Shown piece after piece: positions 1 to 10,405 of a stretch of DNA of 64,000 bases (positions are counted from its first letter, which is position 1; every line of letters begins with the position of its first letter). The stretch covers positions 29,071 through 93,070 of the forward strand of contig CAMVKN010000003.1 of assembly GCA_947168045.1 (NCBI GenBank). Reading direction: 5' to 3'. The notes below the pieces were generated by a model that saw only the letters and a list, made by a program, of their open reading frames with translations, had not been told where the DNA came from and did no database searches. The position numbers and the translations under genes were made by a program. The stretch is from an uncultured Prevotellaceae bacterium (lineage in GTDB: Bacteria; Bacteroidota; Bacteroidia; Bacteroidales; Bacteroidaceae).

Positions 1-29
1 TTTACTCATGGTCGTAATCATTTAATGGG

Positions 30-1127
30 TTAATATGCGGCGTGGAACATATCATCCTCGAGAATCTGGGTGCCCAGCTTGCCCGTGGCGTAGATATAGT
101 TCCGGCGCTCCTTCTTGTCAAACCAGATGTCGAGGTCTTCGAGCAGGCCACCCGATTCTGTAGCCACCTGCAGCTGCGAATTGAGGTTGGCATACACCAT
201 ACGGAAGGGCTTGTTAGGCTTGTTCTGAGCAGGAGTCTGGCCGGATGCTTCGGTCTCTATATGCTCGTAAGCCTGAATCATTCTGTCCCAAATAGAGACA
301 CGCACAATCTTCACGCCATTGTAGTTGGCGACATCGAGGCCGTTGAAAATCGTTTCCCACGGCATAATAATCTTGAAACGATTCTTGATGTCGTAGGTCA
401 GACAGTCGGCCATCAGCTTTGTCATCACGATGCAAGCACTCGGATCGCTGGTGATACGGCTGTCAGCATCCATCAGCATCATATCGAGCAGATTTGTGGC
501 CACACCTTCCGTCAACATAGCAGCACGCTGGGCGGCAAAAGTAGCCTCGTTGTTGGCGGCAATAGCAGTCAGCTGCTTGCTGTTCGAAGTACACTGAGCG
601 AAGATGCGCTTGAACAGGCCATCACAGGTGGTGAACAGCTCTTTCTTGACCTTCTCATCGTCAGTCAGGATACCACCCTGTGCGATATTCTTGGCCGCCG
701 TGTCACCAAACCAGCCAAAACGCCAAATCATTCTCTTCATCTGACGCTCCAGTTCAGGACGCAGGATGTAAGACATAAACTCGGTGCTGGTCAGGTCGCC
801 AATGTCGGTGCCAGTTTTTAGAGTGTACTCGGCAATCGTATTTTTCAACGATTCGTAACAGATTTTCAGAGGAATCTGCCAGTCGCCCAGCACCCAACGC
901 TTCTGGGAGTTGGCAATGCCATACTCCTGATAAACAGGGTCACAGCCACTTCCGGCGATACCTACATCATCACCGCTGCCAATGAAGGCCACGGGGTCGC
1001 CATTCTTCACTTTTTTCAGGTTGACGAACTTCTGGAAGTCCTCATCCTGGTCGATGCTCAAAGGGATAAGCTCTTTGAGGTCGGTCACATCCTTGGGGTT
1101 GACCGAAATGTTTTCAAACCATGCCAT
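30..1127 (-). CDS. Major capsid protein candidate
   Basis: 365-aa ORF directly downstream of the ClpP-like prohead protease/scaffold gene. Call rests on size and position only. Confidence 0.6.
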   Translation of the reverse strand: MAWFENISVNPKDVTDLKELIPLSIDQDEDFQKFVNLKKVKNGDPVAFIGSGDDVGIAGSGCDPVYQEYGIANSQKRWVLGDWQIPLKICYESLKNTIAEYTLKTGTDIGDLTSTEFMSYILRPELERQMKRMIWRFGWFGDTAAKNIAQGGILTDDEKVKKELFTTCDGLFKRIFAQCTSNSKQLTAIAANNEATFAAQRAAMLTEGVATNLLDMMLMDADSRITSDPSACIVMTKLMADCLTYDIKNRFKIIMPWETIFNGLDVANYNGVKIVRVSIWDRMIQAYEHIETEASGQTPAQNKPNKPFRMVYANLNSQLQVATESGGLLEDLDIWFDKKERRNYIYATGKLGTQILEDDMFHAAY

Positions 1128-1150
1128 TTTCTTTCTCTGGATTTAGTTCG

Positions 1151-2329
1151 TTACTTACTTTCTTTCTTGTAGGTGCCATTGCGGCGGGCATCAATCTCAG
1201 CACGCATGGGCGACACCTCTCCATCTTCTGCCTTCTCGGCAGCACGTCCACCCTCTACCTTACGGCCAGCGGGCTTGTAGGTCGAAGATAACTTGGCAAG
1301 AGCTTTCTCGCCACCAGCAATCTTGACAGCGTTCAGGATGCGCAGCTCGTCAGTAGTCTTGGCCTTTGCCTGGGCATCGGCGAGCTTCGTCTGCAACTCG
1401 GCCACCTGTGCCTCTAAGTTTGCAATCTTGGCATCCTTCTCGTCATCGCCATCTGGGTCTTCCTCTTCGGCTGGCTTAATCTCGGTGATGACGCCATCAG
1501 CCACCACAATAGTGGAGCCGTCCGGCATCTTGTGCTCTCCGTCGGGGCTGGCCTTGTCGCCAACCTGCGGCTCACCATCTTCACGCTCGATCGTCAACGT
1601 GCCACCGTCAGCCGTCGACAAATCCATTCCCTTCGCCAGCTCGTCGATAGTCTTCAGACCCAGCTTCGCCAGCGCACGGTCAAGCAGAGATGCCTTGACC
1701 TCCACTTTCGTTTCGTCTTTTTCTTTAGCCATTGTTTTATTGTTTGAGTTATTATTGGCACCCTTCTTTGCAGATGCAGGTGCGATTATTTCTCCAATTA
1801 TGCCCAGCTCCTTGGCCCTCTCAACGTCGATATACTTATCTTCGTCCATCAGGGCTTGCATGGCCTCACGGTCACAGCCGCAACGCTCCACATACAGATT
1901 CAGAATCTTTTCCTGTTGCGCTCTCAGGTCATCGGCAGCCTTCTGCAAGTCATCGGCAGTCATAGCACCATCGAGCGCCCAGCCGGGCACCCAAGGGTTG
2001 TGACAACAGATCTGAGCGCTCTGGTATGCCTTTCTACGCTCCTTCGGTGCAGCCATCAGGATAACAGTTGCCATCGATGCGGCATTGCCCTCAACAATAG
2101 CGGTAATCTCTTTGCCAGTAGCACGCAGACGGTCATAGATAGCCCAGCCCTCGATGCACGAGCCACCATCACAATGCAGACGAATCTCGATGCTGTTATC
2201 GTCAGCATCCATCTGGCTGACAAATTCGTCTATATCCTTGAAGCAGACACCCTCGGCATCACCCCAAAAGCGGGCGACACTCTTCTCATTCTCAGTCTGG
2301 ATGTCATTGTAGATTTTTAGAGTAGCCAT
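1151..2329 (-). CDS. Prohead protease (ClpP/S14-like) with scaffold-like acidic coiled-coil C-terminus
   Basis: ClpP-type core: RLHCDGGSCIEGWAIYDRL ... VEGNAASMATVILMA. C-terminal half is Ala/Glu/Lys-rich. ATG at 2329 is preferred over the TTG at 2356, which overlaps a TAnnTTTG box. Confidence 0.75.
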   Translation of the reverse strand: MATLKIYNDIQTENEKSVARFWGDAEGVCFKDIDEFVSQMDADDNSIEIRLHCDGGSCIEGWAIYDRLRATGKEITAIVEGNAASMATVILMAAPKERRKAYQSAQICCHNPWVPGWALDGAMTADDLQKAADDLRAQQEKILNLYVERCGCDREAMQALMDEDKYIDVERAKELGIIGEIIAPASAKKGANNNSNNKTMAKEKDETKVEVKASLLDRALAKLGLKTIDELAKGMDLSTADGGTLTIEREDGEPQVGDKASPDGEHKMPDGSTIVVADGVITEIKPAEEEDPDGDDEKDAKIANLEAQVAELQTKLADAQAKAKTTDELRILNAVKIAGGEKALAKLSSTYKPAGRKVEGGRAAEKAEDGEVSPMRAEIDARRNGTYKKESK

Positions 2330-2420
2330 AAAGAATTTGTTTATAAACGTCCGCAAAGATATTGAAATTTTTCAAGAAACCGTTTATTTACTCATTCTTT
2401 TCGTGTCTCTCTCAATGATA

Positions 2421-2463
2421 CAGAAAAGCGATGGGCGCAGAACTTCACAGCCCCACGCCCATC
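2421..2463 (-). terminator. Hairpin terminator candidate between HTH gene and protease gene
   Basis: 8-bp stem GATGGGCG/CGCCCATC with an 18-nt loop. On the minus strand it is followed by GCTTTTCTG. Confidence 0.4.
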
Positions 2464-2491
2464 TTTCGTAACTAAAATACTGGTAATTATG

Positions 2492-2728
2492 TCAAACCTT
2501 CATCGGCCTATCCATCTCGCTTATGACACGGTAGACGGTAGCCCGGCCAACGTCATACTCCTGCATGAGATAGTAGACGATATATTCTTTCTTGTGCCCT
2601 TCTGCCTCCAGTCGCTTGAACTCTTCAAATAGTTCGAGATACCTCACATATCGGGCATCGACCTTGTTGGCAGCCAGCACCTTCAAGATGCTCTCGCCAG
2701 TCTTCAGATACTCATATACGTTCATCAC
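2492..2728 (-). CDS. Small HTH-like protein
   Basis: 78 aa. C-terminal segment EYDVGRATVYRVISEM resembles a helix-turn-helix recognition helix. Confidence 0.4.
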   Translation of the reverse strand: MMNVYEYLKTGESILKVLAANKVDARYVRYLELFEEFKRLEAEGHKKEYIVYYLMQEYDVGRATVYRVISEMDRPMKV

Positions 2729-5700
2729 TCAATGACATTTAGTTTGTTGATAGAATCCAGTCGGTCGCTCACCTTGTTAATCTCTTCCACAGATACGGTC
2801 GGGGCCGGAGCCATAGCCATGCCTCTCGCTACGGCATTCGCCAAAAACTCTTCACCCGTCTGTATGCCGCTGTTCTGCACCGTGATAGGCACCCCCCCAC
2901 CAATCTGATTAAAAGCGGACAGGGCCGGCGCAAACATCGATGTCGCGGCTGCTGTCAGAACACTCTCACCCTTACTCAGTCTGGCAGGGATGCTGTCGCT
3001 CGTCGCAGTTCCCGGCCCATTCACAGAGCCACCGTCGACATCAACGGCACCACCTTCAGCAAACTTGGCACTCTTCACGGTCTTTATGGCAGTAGCCACA
3101 TTCGCCAGCACCGTGGCCACCGTAGTAGCGATGGCGGCAAGGTTGGCCGGATAGGGCACGCTCTGGGCCTGTGCCACACCTGCGGCAATAGCCTTACCAG
3201 TATTGACAGCAATCTCGCCCAGCGCCAGCACCTTTGCCATCTTAGCCAGCCCCTCGTTCTCTTCACCGAAGGCCTCGGCCACTTGTGACAGGCCACCCAT
3301 CAGGCCAGCGATGGCCTCGTATTTCACTTTCTCGATTTCGACCTCCTTATCGTTCAGCGCCTTCTTTGCATCCTGATAGTCCTTTTCCATCTGGAGCTTG
3401 CGGATATTGAACTCCTGGATCGTTTCACCTTCCAGCTGCTGGGCCTCATTCAACAGGGCTTGCTTCTCTTCCATCTGCAAGCGCAAGGCCTCGACCTCTC
3501 GCATCTCGTCATCGCTCGTCTCAGCGGCCAAAATCTGCTCCTGGTATCTCTTCTTAATGGCATCCAGTTCGGCCCGTGTCTGCTCGTCTAACAAGTTTGC
3601 ATGCATCTGCGCATATTTCTTGTTAATGGCCATGATGCGGATTTGCTTCTCTTCCTCGCTGACCATTTCCAACTGCGCTGCATTCAACGCAAGCTGTCGC
3701 TCGTTCTCAATCTTCGCGGCTTTCAGCTGATACTCTTCTTGGCTACCCTTCCGCACCGTTTCCAGTAGCAGGGATATGTTCGCCTGCTCTCTCTTGATGG
3801 CATCTTCCATCGCCTTGGCATCCAGTTCTGCCAGCTTGCGGTCACGTATCTGCTGCAGGCTCACCAGCTGGCCATTCATAGCCACCCGTGCGGCCTCCGT
3901 CAGATTCTTCTCTTCAGCCAACCTGCGCTGCAAGTCCTCAATCTGTCGGTCATACTGCTTTCTTATCTGCTCCCTGCGCTGTTCCAGGTTATTCTCGATG
4001 AGCTGCTGCAACAAGTCTTCGGCCTTGCGAATCTCTTCCCGCTCCTTCTTGGCAGCTTCAGCGGCAGCTTTGGCCGGGTCATCCTTCTTGCCCTTATCAC
4101 CGGAGCCACCCTTGCCAGCATCAGGGTCGGTGTGCTCGGTGAAGTTCCAATCGAATTTGATGTCTTGTGCCTCCTGCATCTTCTTTTTGTACTCAGCCAT
4201 CCACATATCAGCATCACGCTGGGCCTGTGCAACTGCATTTCTCTTCCGCTCTTCATCGCCAGCCTTTGTCGTAGTCCAGTTGCCAAATTCGGAGGCCGCC
4301 TTGCGCTGTGTCTCTTGCAGAGTGATGAATGCCTCGGTGTACTTATTCAGAAGGGCTTGGGCTTCCGCTTCCTTCAACAGCATACGGCAATAGGCCTCGC
4401 CGTTCTTCGTCAGCACCTCTTGCCATTGTTCGGCGGTCTTGTAATAGCCCATCGCCTTGCCATACTTATCGTTCAGCTCCTTAACCAGTTCTTTCTCCTG
4501 CTCCTTAGAGCCATTGAACTTGCTCAGCCGGGACTTATAGCTGTCAATCTCAGCACTCGCCTTGGCATAGGCTTTATTGCCCTCGTCAAGAGCCTCGTTC
4601 AATGCTTCCTGAATCTCAGCAGCATGTTTGGCCTCTTCACTCGTACCGAAGAAAAAGTCTATCACATCACCAGCCAAAGAGACGAGCGCACCAAGGGCAG
4701 CAACCACCAAGCCGATGCCCAACGTCATCAAGACAGCACGCAGCACCTTTCCGGCCACCGTGGCGGCAGTCATCGCTCCCGTAGTAGTATTCAGGGCGGC
4801 AGTCTCAGCAACATTGGCAGCAGTCACCCCAGCCGTGGCTGTGGCATTCTGTGTCTGTGCAGCAGTATTCGCTTGCGTGGCAGTAGTCTCGGCAGTAGTG
4901 GCCACGGCCTCGGCTTTCTTCTCTATGCCTACCAGTCTCAGGATGCCGTGCAGAATCTTATACGATGCGGTGGAGTTGTCTGTGAAGGTCTTGGCCAGCG
5001 CCTGCACTCCATTCGTCATCGCCATAATACCCTGCAGCTTGCTCATAGCTTCCATCGCCTCCTGGCTCTCGACACCAAACGCCTGCACCGCTCCCTGATA
5101 GGTCTGCCATGCAGTAGAGGCGGTGGTGACGATATTCACCGTGTTATCGAGCAAAGGGGTGTCAGAAGCAAAGTGCTGAATCTCAGCCCTGGCATCAGCT
5201 ATATTGTCGGCCAGTGCGCCAGCCCTCTTTGTCATTTCATTGTAGGCTTCGGAGCCTCTCAGCCCGTTCCTCTCCATCTCGGCCAGCTGCATCGTCAGCT
5301 CTTTCAGTTCCTGCTTCAGAGGCTTCACGGCTCCCGGATAGTTACCCACGTTGCGGAAATATCTTTGTGTCTCTTCCTCGGCCCTCTTCAGCTCCGTGGT
5401 CACAGCGTTTATGTGGTTCATCAGGTCTTTTCCCTTGGCACCCTCACGCTCGGCCCTCGACAGTCCATCAAACTCTTTTGTAAGGTTGCTCAGCTGGGCA
5501 CGCAGCGACTTCAGCGACCCCTCCTGCTCCTGCTCTTGTCTCAGGTTATTTTGCACCTCCTTACGCAGCACTCTCACCGTCTCTTTATATTGGTCTATCA
5601 CAGCCGCCGTAGCCGCCGACTGCTGGCCGTATTCTTCCTGGCTTATGCTGCCAGTCTTCAGCTGGGCATTGAGCGCCATCTGGCCCACGCGCAGCTCGTC

Positions 5701-5790
5701 AATCTTATGGTTATACTCAGCAATGCCTTTGATGGCATCAGCATATTTCACGGTAATGCTCAATATGCGTTCTTCTTCGTTCCTGTCCAT
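2725..5790 (-). CDS. Tape measure protein
   Basis: 1021 aa with long coiled-coil stretches and a central hydrophobic segment (GIGLVVAALGALVSLAG). C-terminal DSIPARLSKGESVLT motif is typical of tape measure proteins. Confidence 0.8.
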   Translation of the reverse strand: MDRNEEERILSITVKYADAIKGIAEYNHKIDELRVGQMALNAQLKTGSISQEEYGQQSAATAAVIDQYKETVRVLRKEVQNNLRQEQEQEGSLKSLRAQLSNLTKEFDGLSRAEREGAKGKDLMNHINAVTTELKRAEEETQRYFRNVGNYPGAVKPLKQELKELTMQLAEMERNGLRGSEAYNEMTKRAGALADNIADARAEIQHFASDTPLLDNTVNIVTTASTAWQTYQGAVQAFGVESQEAMEAMSKLQGIMAMTNGVQALAKTFTDNSTASYKILHGILRLVGIEKKAEAVATTAETTATQANTAAQTQNATATAGVTAANVAETAALNTTTGAMTAATVAGKVLRAVLMTLGIGLVVAALGALVSLAGDVIDFFFGTSEEAKHAAEIQEALNEALDEGNKAYAKASAEIDSYKSRLSKFNGSKEQEKELVKELNDKYGKAMGYYKTAEQWQEVLTKNGEAYCRMLLKEAEAQALLNKYTEAFITLQETQRKAASEFGNWTTTKAGDEERKRNAVAQAQRDADMWMAEYKKKMQEAQDIKFDWNFTEHTDPDAGKGGSGDKGKKDDPAKAAAEAAKKEREEIRKAEDLLQQLIENNLEQRREQIRKQYDRQIEDLQRRLAEEKNLTEAARVAMNGQLVSLQQIRDRKLAELDAKAMEDAIKREQANISLLLETVRKGSQEEYQLKAAKIENERQLALNAAQLEMVSEEEKQIRIMAINKKYAQMHANLLDEQTRAELDAIKKRYQEQILAAETSDDEMREVEALRLQMEEKQALLNEAQQLEGETIQEFNIRKLQMEKDYQDAKKALNDKEVEIEKVKYEAIAGLMGGLSQVAEAFGEENEGLAKMAKVLALGEIAVNTGKAIAAGVAQAQSVPYPANLAAIATTVATVLANVATAIKTVKSAKFAEGGAVDVDGGSVNGPGTATSDSIPARLSKGESVLTAAATSMFAPALSAFNQIGGGVPITVQNSGIQTGEEFLANAVARGMAMAPAPTVSVEEINKVSDRLDSINKLNVIE

Positions 5791-5793
5791 ATC

Positions 5794-7830
5794 TTAATGC
5801 AAATTTAGTTGTAACATAGTAACTTCGGCCATTCCATCGTCCTCGGCCTTAATCTCAGTAATTGCGAAATAGCTGCCATACTGCGCAAGGTACACAGGCA
5901 CCGTCTCGTCGAACTGCAACAGCTCCACATCGCTCACGCGGATGCTCTCCTTGATAATCTTCATCAGCTGCAGCGACCGCACCATATCAGCGTATTTCTC
6001 ATTTATCACATCCTGCATGTTTATATCAAACTCTCCATACGCCTTGCCATTATCACCCTCGACCAATCTCAGGATTCTCGGCTCACAGGCAGAATATGGG
6101 ACGGTGGTATCAGAAGACGATGCAGATCCGCTTGAGCTTCCACCGAAAGAGCCACCACTTGACGTAGCTTTCGGCCCATACATAGGCACACAATCACCAT
6201 CCGAAGCAGCAAAGGGAAATTCAAAGATGGTCTTTTCTATATCCAGTGTCTCGTTCTCAATGAACAGATCGCCATTATAATTGCCCTTCACTTTATCATC
6301 GCTCTTCCATTTGTAGTAGTTATGCTGGGCGTAGTCGGTCATCTTGAAGGTCATCTGCATCGGGGTGTTCTGCTCACTCGGCGCGATTACCCTTCTCGTC
6401 CAGTCCTTTGCCTTATCCACGTTCTGCCATATCTCAGACATAGGAACGAACAGCACCACCCCATCAGAATAGCGCTGCACCGGGAACGTGCCAGTAATAG
6501 AAGCAAGGAACTTGACGAGGTCGAGCACCTTAATCTCCGGCAGATTCTCCACTATGGGGAAATAGCCACCACTCGGCACCTCATCGCCATTGTCAGCTAT
6601 GAACGTGGCAATGCTCCCACTATAGAGCACGTTGTTGCGATAGCCACCCTTCAGCTCGAATGTTATCTTGTCACCTGCTTTCAACTCCACGGCACCATAT
6701 CCCTTCATCTTCTGACGAATAACGAAGTTCACTGCTCTCAGGCTGTCATAGTTCATCACACCACCTCGGCTGTCGCCAATAGAGTATTCTGTCACATCAT
6801 TGCCTCTCGTCACCTTCATCACGATATATGGCACATCGCGTGTGAACGCCTTGCCATAGTTGTTATAGATACCAGTCACATCGTAGGACATTTCGGCAGC
6901 CACATCAAACACCACTTCGGCATTGGCGGCAACGGTCAGCACCTGGGCCTCTGTGCCAGTAGTCTCTCTGAAGATATTCGTGCCCGTGGTCACATTCAGA
7001 GTAATGAATCCGGCACCATTCTGCGCTTTCATACTGGCAGCAAACTGGCCCTCATAGGTCAGGGCATTTGCTTTCTTGTGAATGAGCGGGATAATCAGGG
7101 AATCAATGAACGTCTTACTATCTCCCGTCCATCGGAACTCGACCCCCGTCTGGCTCTTTATCTGGTCAAGTAGCCACGACACCCTCACAGACGGATGCAG
7201 ATAGGCCACTTTCTGCTCTGTGCCTCTTCTGCCAACGCTAATATAGCCGCCTCCTAATCGACCAGTAGATGATGAAGCTCGGCCACCATCCACATTCAGG
7301 GTGTTTCTGCCGTTGCGCCAGCTATAATCGACCTCGTCGCTCTTTGCCCACACATCGAAGCCTGCATAGAAATAGCCTTCTGTCAGGGCGGTGGCATAGT
7401 CAGTCATGGCGTTGCTATCCTCGTACATTATCTTGGCATCGCTCTCCAGTTGATTCAGGGTCATGCCATTGGCCAGCAGCTTGGAGAATGCAGGGAACAG
7501 CCCCCACACCACACTCACCTCAAAGCTCTTGTCGGTAGTGCTCAGAAGGGCAGCGCTACCATTCCTAATTATCTCGACACCATTACGAAGGTATCGAGCA
7601 GGGTGCAGCTTGTAAGGATAGCCATTGCCACCCTGCACCATATCGCTATGCCCAAAGATCCGCTGGTTCCTCACCGTCTTCGGCAGCTTAATGGTATAGG
7701 TCACATTGCACTGAATCTTCGACACGTCCCTGAAGATATTCGACACAATATTCAGGGTAATCTTCGTGTTGTCATCTATATCGACCAGCTGGCCATCGAT
7801 ATAGAGCTGGCCATTCTTTCTCGTTTCCAT
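5794..7830 (-). CDS. Virion structural protein (tail/baseplate-like, positional call)
   Basis: 678-aa ORF abutting the tape measure gene. Beta-rich composition. No diagnostic motif recognised. Confidence 0.4.
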   Translation of the reverse strand: METRKNGQLYIDGQLVDIDDNTKITLNIVSNIFRDVSKIQCNVTYTIKLPKTVRNQRIFGHSDMVQGGNGYPYKLHPARYLRNGVEIIRNGSAALLSTTDKSFEVSVVWGLFPAFSKLLANGMTLNQLESDAKIMYEDSNAMTDYATALTEGYFYAGFDVWAKSDEVDYSWRNGRNTLNVDGGRASSSTGRLGGGYISVGRRGTEQKVAYLHPSVRVSWLLDQIKSQTGVEFRWTGDSKTFIDSLIIPLIHKKANALTYEGQFAASMKAQNGAGFITLNVTTGTNIFRETTGTEAQVLTVAANAEVVFDVAAEMSYDVTGIYNNYGKAFTRDVPYIVMKVTRGNDVTEYSIGDSRGGVMNYDSLRAVNFVIRQKMKGYGAVELKAGDKITFELKGGYRNNVLYSGSIATFIADNGDEVPSGGYFPIVENLPEIKVLDLVKFLASITGTFPVQRYSDGVVLFVPMSEIWQNVDKAKDWTRRVIAPSEQNTPMQMTFKMTDYAQHNYYKWKSDDKVKGNYNGDLFIENETLDIEKTIFEFPFAASDGDCVPMYGPKATSSGGSFGGSSSGSASSSDTTVPYSACEPRILRLVEGDNGKAYGEFDINMQDVINEKYADMVRSLQLMKIIKESIRVSDVELLQFDETVPVYLAQYGSYFAITEIKAEDDGMAEVTMLQLNLH

Positions 7831-7833
7831 AGA

Positions 7834-8925
7834 CTACAATTTTTGTATCATCATTTCAGGCATCAGGATATTCGCCACAAAATCCTGCAGCACGGCCTTG
7901 CTCTTCGTGTACGTCGCTGCCTGCGGCTGAACAGACACCCATTTCGGCTTGCCCAAAGAATAGCCCACCAGCATATCGACATACGGACTGCTGGCCATAT
8001 CACACAGCATATCGTATGTATCAGAATCGACCAGCGGCGCACACACGGGCACCACATCCTGGCGCTTCATCATCATCTGTCGGCCCAGCCCTCCATTGTA
8101 GCCGTAGGTCATATCTACAGACACGATGTTATTGCGAAGGAATTGGCCATCGTTCTCTATCTTCCGCTGCTCTGCTCCCTTCACGAAGAGCCAGTAGTTG
8201 TAGAATCCGTGCCTGTCTATCCATCGCAGATAGACACCGTTCTCAACCTCGCACCCCAGTTTGATGGTGATATACGTGCCAGCATCAAAGGGCAGCTGCT
8301 GGAAGGTCAGGTCGAAGGTGTTATCGAACGTGGCTTGCTTCATACCACCATTGGCAGAAGTCACCTTGTATGTCTCTACGCTCCCATCAGCGACGAGCTT
8401 CACATTCCACACTCCCAGCCTTGGGACGTCTACCGTGGTCGGCACCACTCCCTTGGTCACGGTCAGCTCGTCACTCGCCGAGCAGAACACGCCAAAGGTG
8501 AAGGGGTAGCCCTTCCACACATGCAGCACACGTGGCCCGTTGTAGACCTCGTTGGCTGCTGCCTTCATCGCTCCCCAAATATAGAACACATCGAAGTCGA
8601 AAACGACCTCAGTCTCTCCCTTCAGGGCAACGAGCTTGAATATCACTTGCTGGCCCATCTTCGTTCTCTCGACCTGGGCATCATAGTTGAGGTTGCTAAA
8701 CGTGTCATCGTCAAAGAAGCTCTGGATATACTCGCGCACCTCGATATAACAGCCACCATCGAAAGCATCTCGTGTGTCCGAAATGGTCACACCGTTCTCG
8801 CCAGTCATTTCTATGCGCATCCCTGTCACTCCCGCGCCAGTCACCACCAGCAGACAGGGGTTGAATGCGAATCCCAGTTCATCGGGATATTTCAGCGTTA
8901 CACCACTTGCAGTTGTCTGTCTCAT
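7834..8925 (-). CDS. Virion structural protein (positional call)
   Basis: 363-aa ORF tightly packed in the late operon. Confidence 0.35.
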   Translation of the reverse strand: MRQTTASGVTLKYPDELGFAFNPCLLVVTGAGVTGMRIEMTGENGVTISDTRDAFDGGCYIEVREYIQSFFDDDTFSNLNYDAQVERTKMGQQVIFKLVALKGETEVVFDFDVFYIWGAMKAAANEVYNGPRVLHVWKGYPFTFGVFCSASDELTVTKGVVPTTVDVPRLGVWNVKLVADGSVETYKVTSANGGMKQATFDNTFDLTFQQLPFDAGTYITIKLGCEVENGVYLRWIDRHGFYNYWLFVKGAEQRKIENDGQFLRNNIVSVDMTYGYNGGLGRQMMMKRQDVVPVCAPLVDSDTYDMLCDMASSPYVDMLVGYSLGKPKWVSVQPQAATYTKSKAVLQDFVANILMPEMMIQKL

Positions 8926-8930
8926 CAGCT

Positions 8931-9440
8931 TTACGAATTTAGTTTAATACTTTCAATCTTTGTGTGCATCAGTTCCAGTAATTTATTGCCGATTTCCCGT
9001 GTAGTCGCCGGAATCTCGTTCGAGTATATGTCAGCCCTGCCACCTTGTTTGAAGAGCCGTGTGCCCTCTCTACGTATCTTTCGGGCAATCAGGAATGACA
9101 TTGACAGCTCGCCACGCTCCTGCGGTGTGTACTTGTGCGGCCTATTCGTCTTATACGGAATAGGCGGTGCCACGATGCCCTTGTCCTTCATCCACTGCCG
9201 GATGATACTCTGGAAGTCCATCGGCACCTTCCCTGGCCTGCGGCCAGTCTCTAACGTGCCAAAGGGTGAGCGGCCATAGAGCGTGCCGCTATCTTCAGAC
9301 ACCTCGACATGTAGGCTGGCGATAGTCCTACCGCTTGCCTTCTGCCCTGCAGCCAAATGGTGGGCGATGATTCTTTTCTTCAGCTCTTCAAGCTCAGAGG
9401 CAAGAATCTGCCTCGGTGTCCGTCCGCTTATCATACACAC
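8931..9440 (-). CDS. Phage hypothetical protein
   Basis: 169-aa ORF in the late operon. Confidence 0.35.
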   Translation of the reverse strand: MCMISGRTPRQILASELEELKKRIIAHHLAAGQKASGRTIASLHVEVSEDSGTLYGRSPFGTLETGRRPGKVPMDFQSIIRQWMKDKGIVAPPIPYKTNRPHKYTPQERGELSMSFLIARKIRREGTRLFKQGGRADIYSNEIPATTREIGNKLLELMHTKIESIKLNS

Positions 9441-9874
9441 CTCCCGACCTGCTCTCTCAGGGTCAGCTCTACAAACACACCAGTAACATTCGTGCTCATG
9501 CTCTCATAGATGGTGGTGTATCTCACCTCGTCATCGATAGGCTCGAAATACCCGCTCTTATTCAGTGCCTGGATGAAGTCACCAGCCACCTCTTTCATCG
9601 CGGTGTATACCTCTTCGTTATCGTCACCATCAGCATCACGGACCACCTTATCGATAAAGGCGATGGCACAATTCTCACGGTCGCGCACCCTGCCATTGCG
9701 AAACTCCAGTCGGCCACCCACGGGAAGGATGGAAATAATGGCTGGCAGGTCTATCTTATCCACAGCCTCGTCTGCGCCCGTCCAGTTCTCGAACACGTAG
9801 CTGTAATCAGGGAACTTGCTCTCGGCAATCTCCCGCACCTTATCCTCGATGCTTGCTTTTGCTTTCACTCTCAT
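9431..9874 (-). CDS. Phage hypothetical protein
   Basis: Start is moved to the ATG at 9874. The longer 9431-10024 ORF overlaps the upstream gene by about 185 nt. Confidence 0.3.
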   Translation of the reverse strand: MRVKAKASIEDKVREIAESKFPDYSYVFENWTGADEAVDKIDLPAIISILPVGGRLEFRNGRVRDRENCAIAFIDKVVRDADGDDNEEVYTAMKEVAGDFIQALNKSGYFEPIDDEVRYTTIYESMSTNVTGVFVELTLREQVGRCV

Positions 9875-10403
9875 ATACCTTGGTAAGTTTTCTGTTGAAC
9901 ATTGTAGTCTTATTATCCATATCGAGACACCTATAGAGGCGTAGCCACGATAAGCCCAGCACCTCGTCATGATCTGTAATACCCATCCTTTTGGCATACC
10001 AGTCGACCATCCCGAACACGCCAAAATTCAGCTTCTCGATGCCTGCTTTTCTCTCTTGTGGTGTAGGTGTCAGCTTGGCCCTGTCGAATAAGTCATTTAT
10101 CCATTTTATCTGGCCCATCGCCCAGCCTACAAAGCGCACCACCTCAACGGCAGGGGCGTTATCGACTTGCTTCTCAGTCAATCCCAGCAGCACACCACAC
10201 ACCTTGTGAAACATCACTTTTCCATCCTTCAGCTTTGACAGCTCATACATCTGCCCCACGGTCATCTCGTTCAGGTTCTCAGGGGTCTGCTTGCCAGCCA
10301 CCATCACCGGCCGGCTCATTTCTTCGAGCTTCAGGTCTTTAATCTCTTCGCTGTGCATGGCTACAATTAGCCACTCACGAAATTTCGTCTTTCTCTTCAT
10401 CAT
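9840..10403 (-). CDS. Phage hypothetical protein
   Basis: 187-aa ORF directly after the large terminase gene. Confidence 0.35.
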   Translation of the reverse strand: MMKRKTKFREWLIVAMHSEEIKDLKLEEMSRPVMVAGKQTPENLNEMTVGQMYELSKLKDGKVMFHKVCGVLLGLTEKQVDNAPAVEVVRFVGWAMGQIKWINDLFDRAKLTPTPQERKAGIEKLNFGVFGMVDWYAKRMGITDHDEVLGLSWLRLYRCLDMDNKTTMFNRKLTKVYESESKSKHRG

Positions 10404-10405
10404 AG

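Noticed and set aside
2-193. 63-aa minus-strand ORF overlapping the capsid gene's 3' end.
   Set aside because: It is out of frame with, and embedded in, the capsid ORF. The next real gene probably starts at the CAT triplets at 7-9 or 19-21 and leaves the window.
4132-5808. Long plus-strand ORFs antisense to phage genes. Examples are 4132-5808 (558 aa), 7450-9279 (609 aa), 21386-23497 (703 aa) and 27125-28003 (292 aa).
   Set aside because: They fully overlap minus-strand genes that carry clear motifs (tape measure, SNF2 and others). They also have the Leu/Arg/His/Gln-rich low-complexity look of antisense frames.
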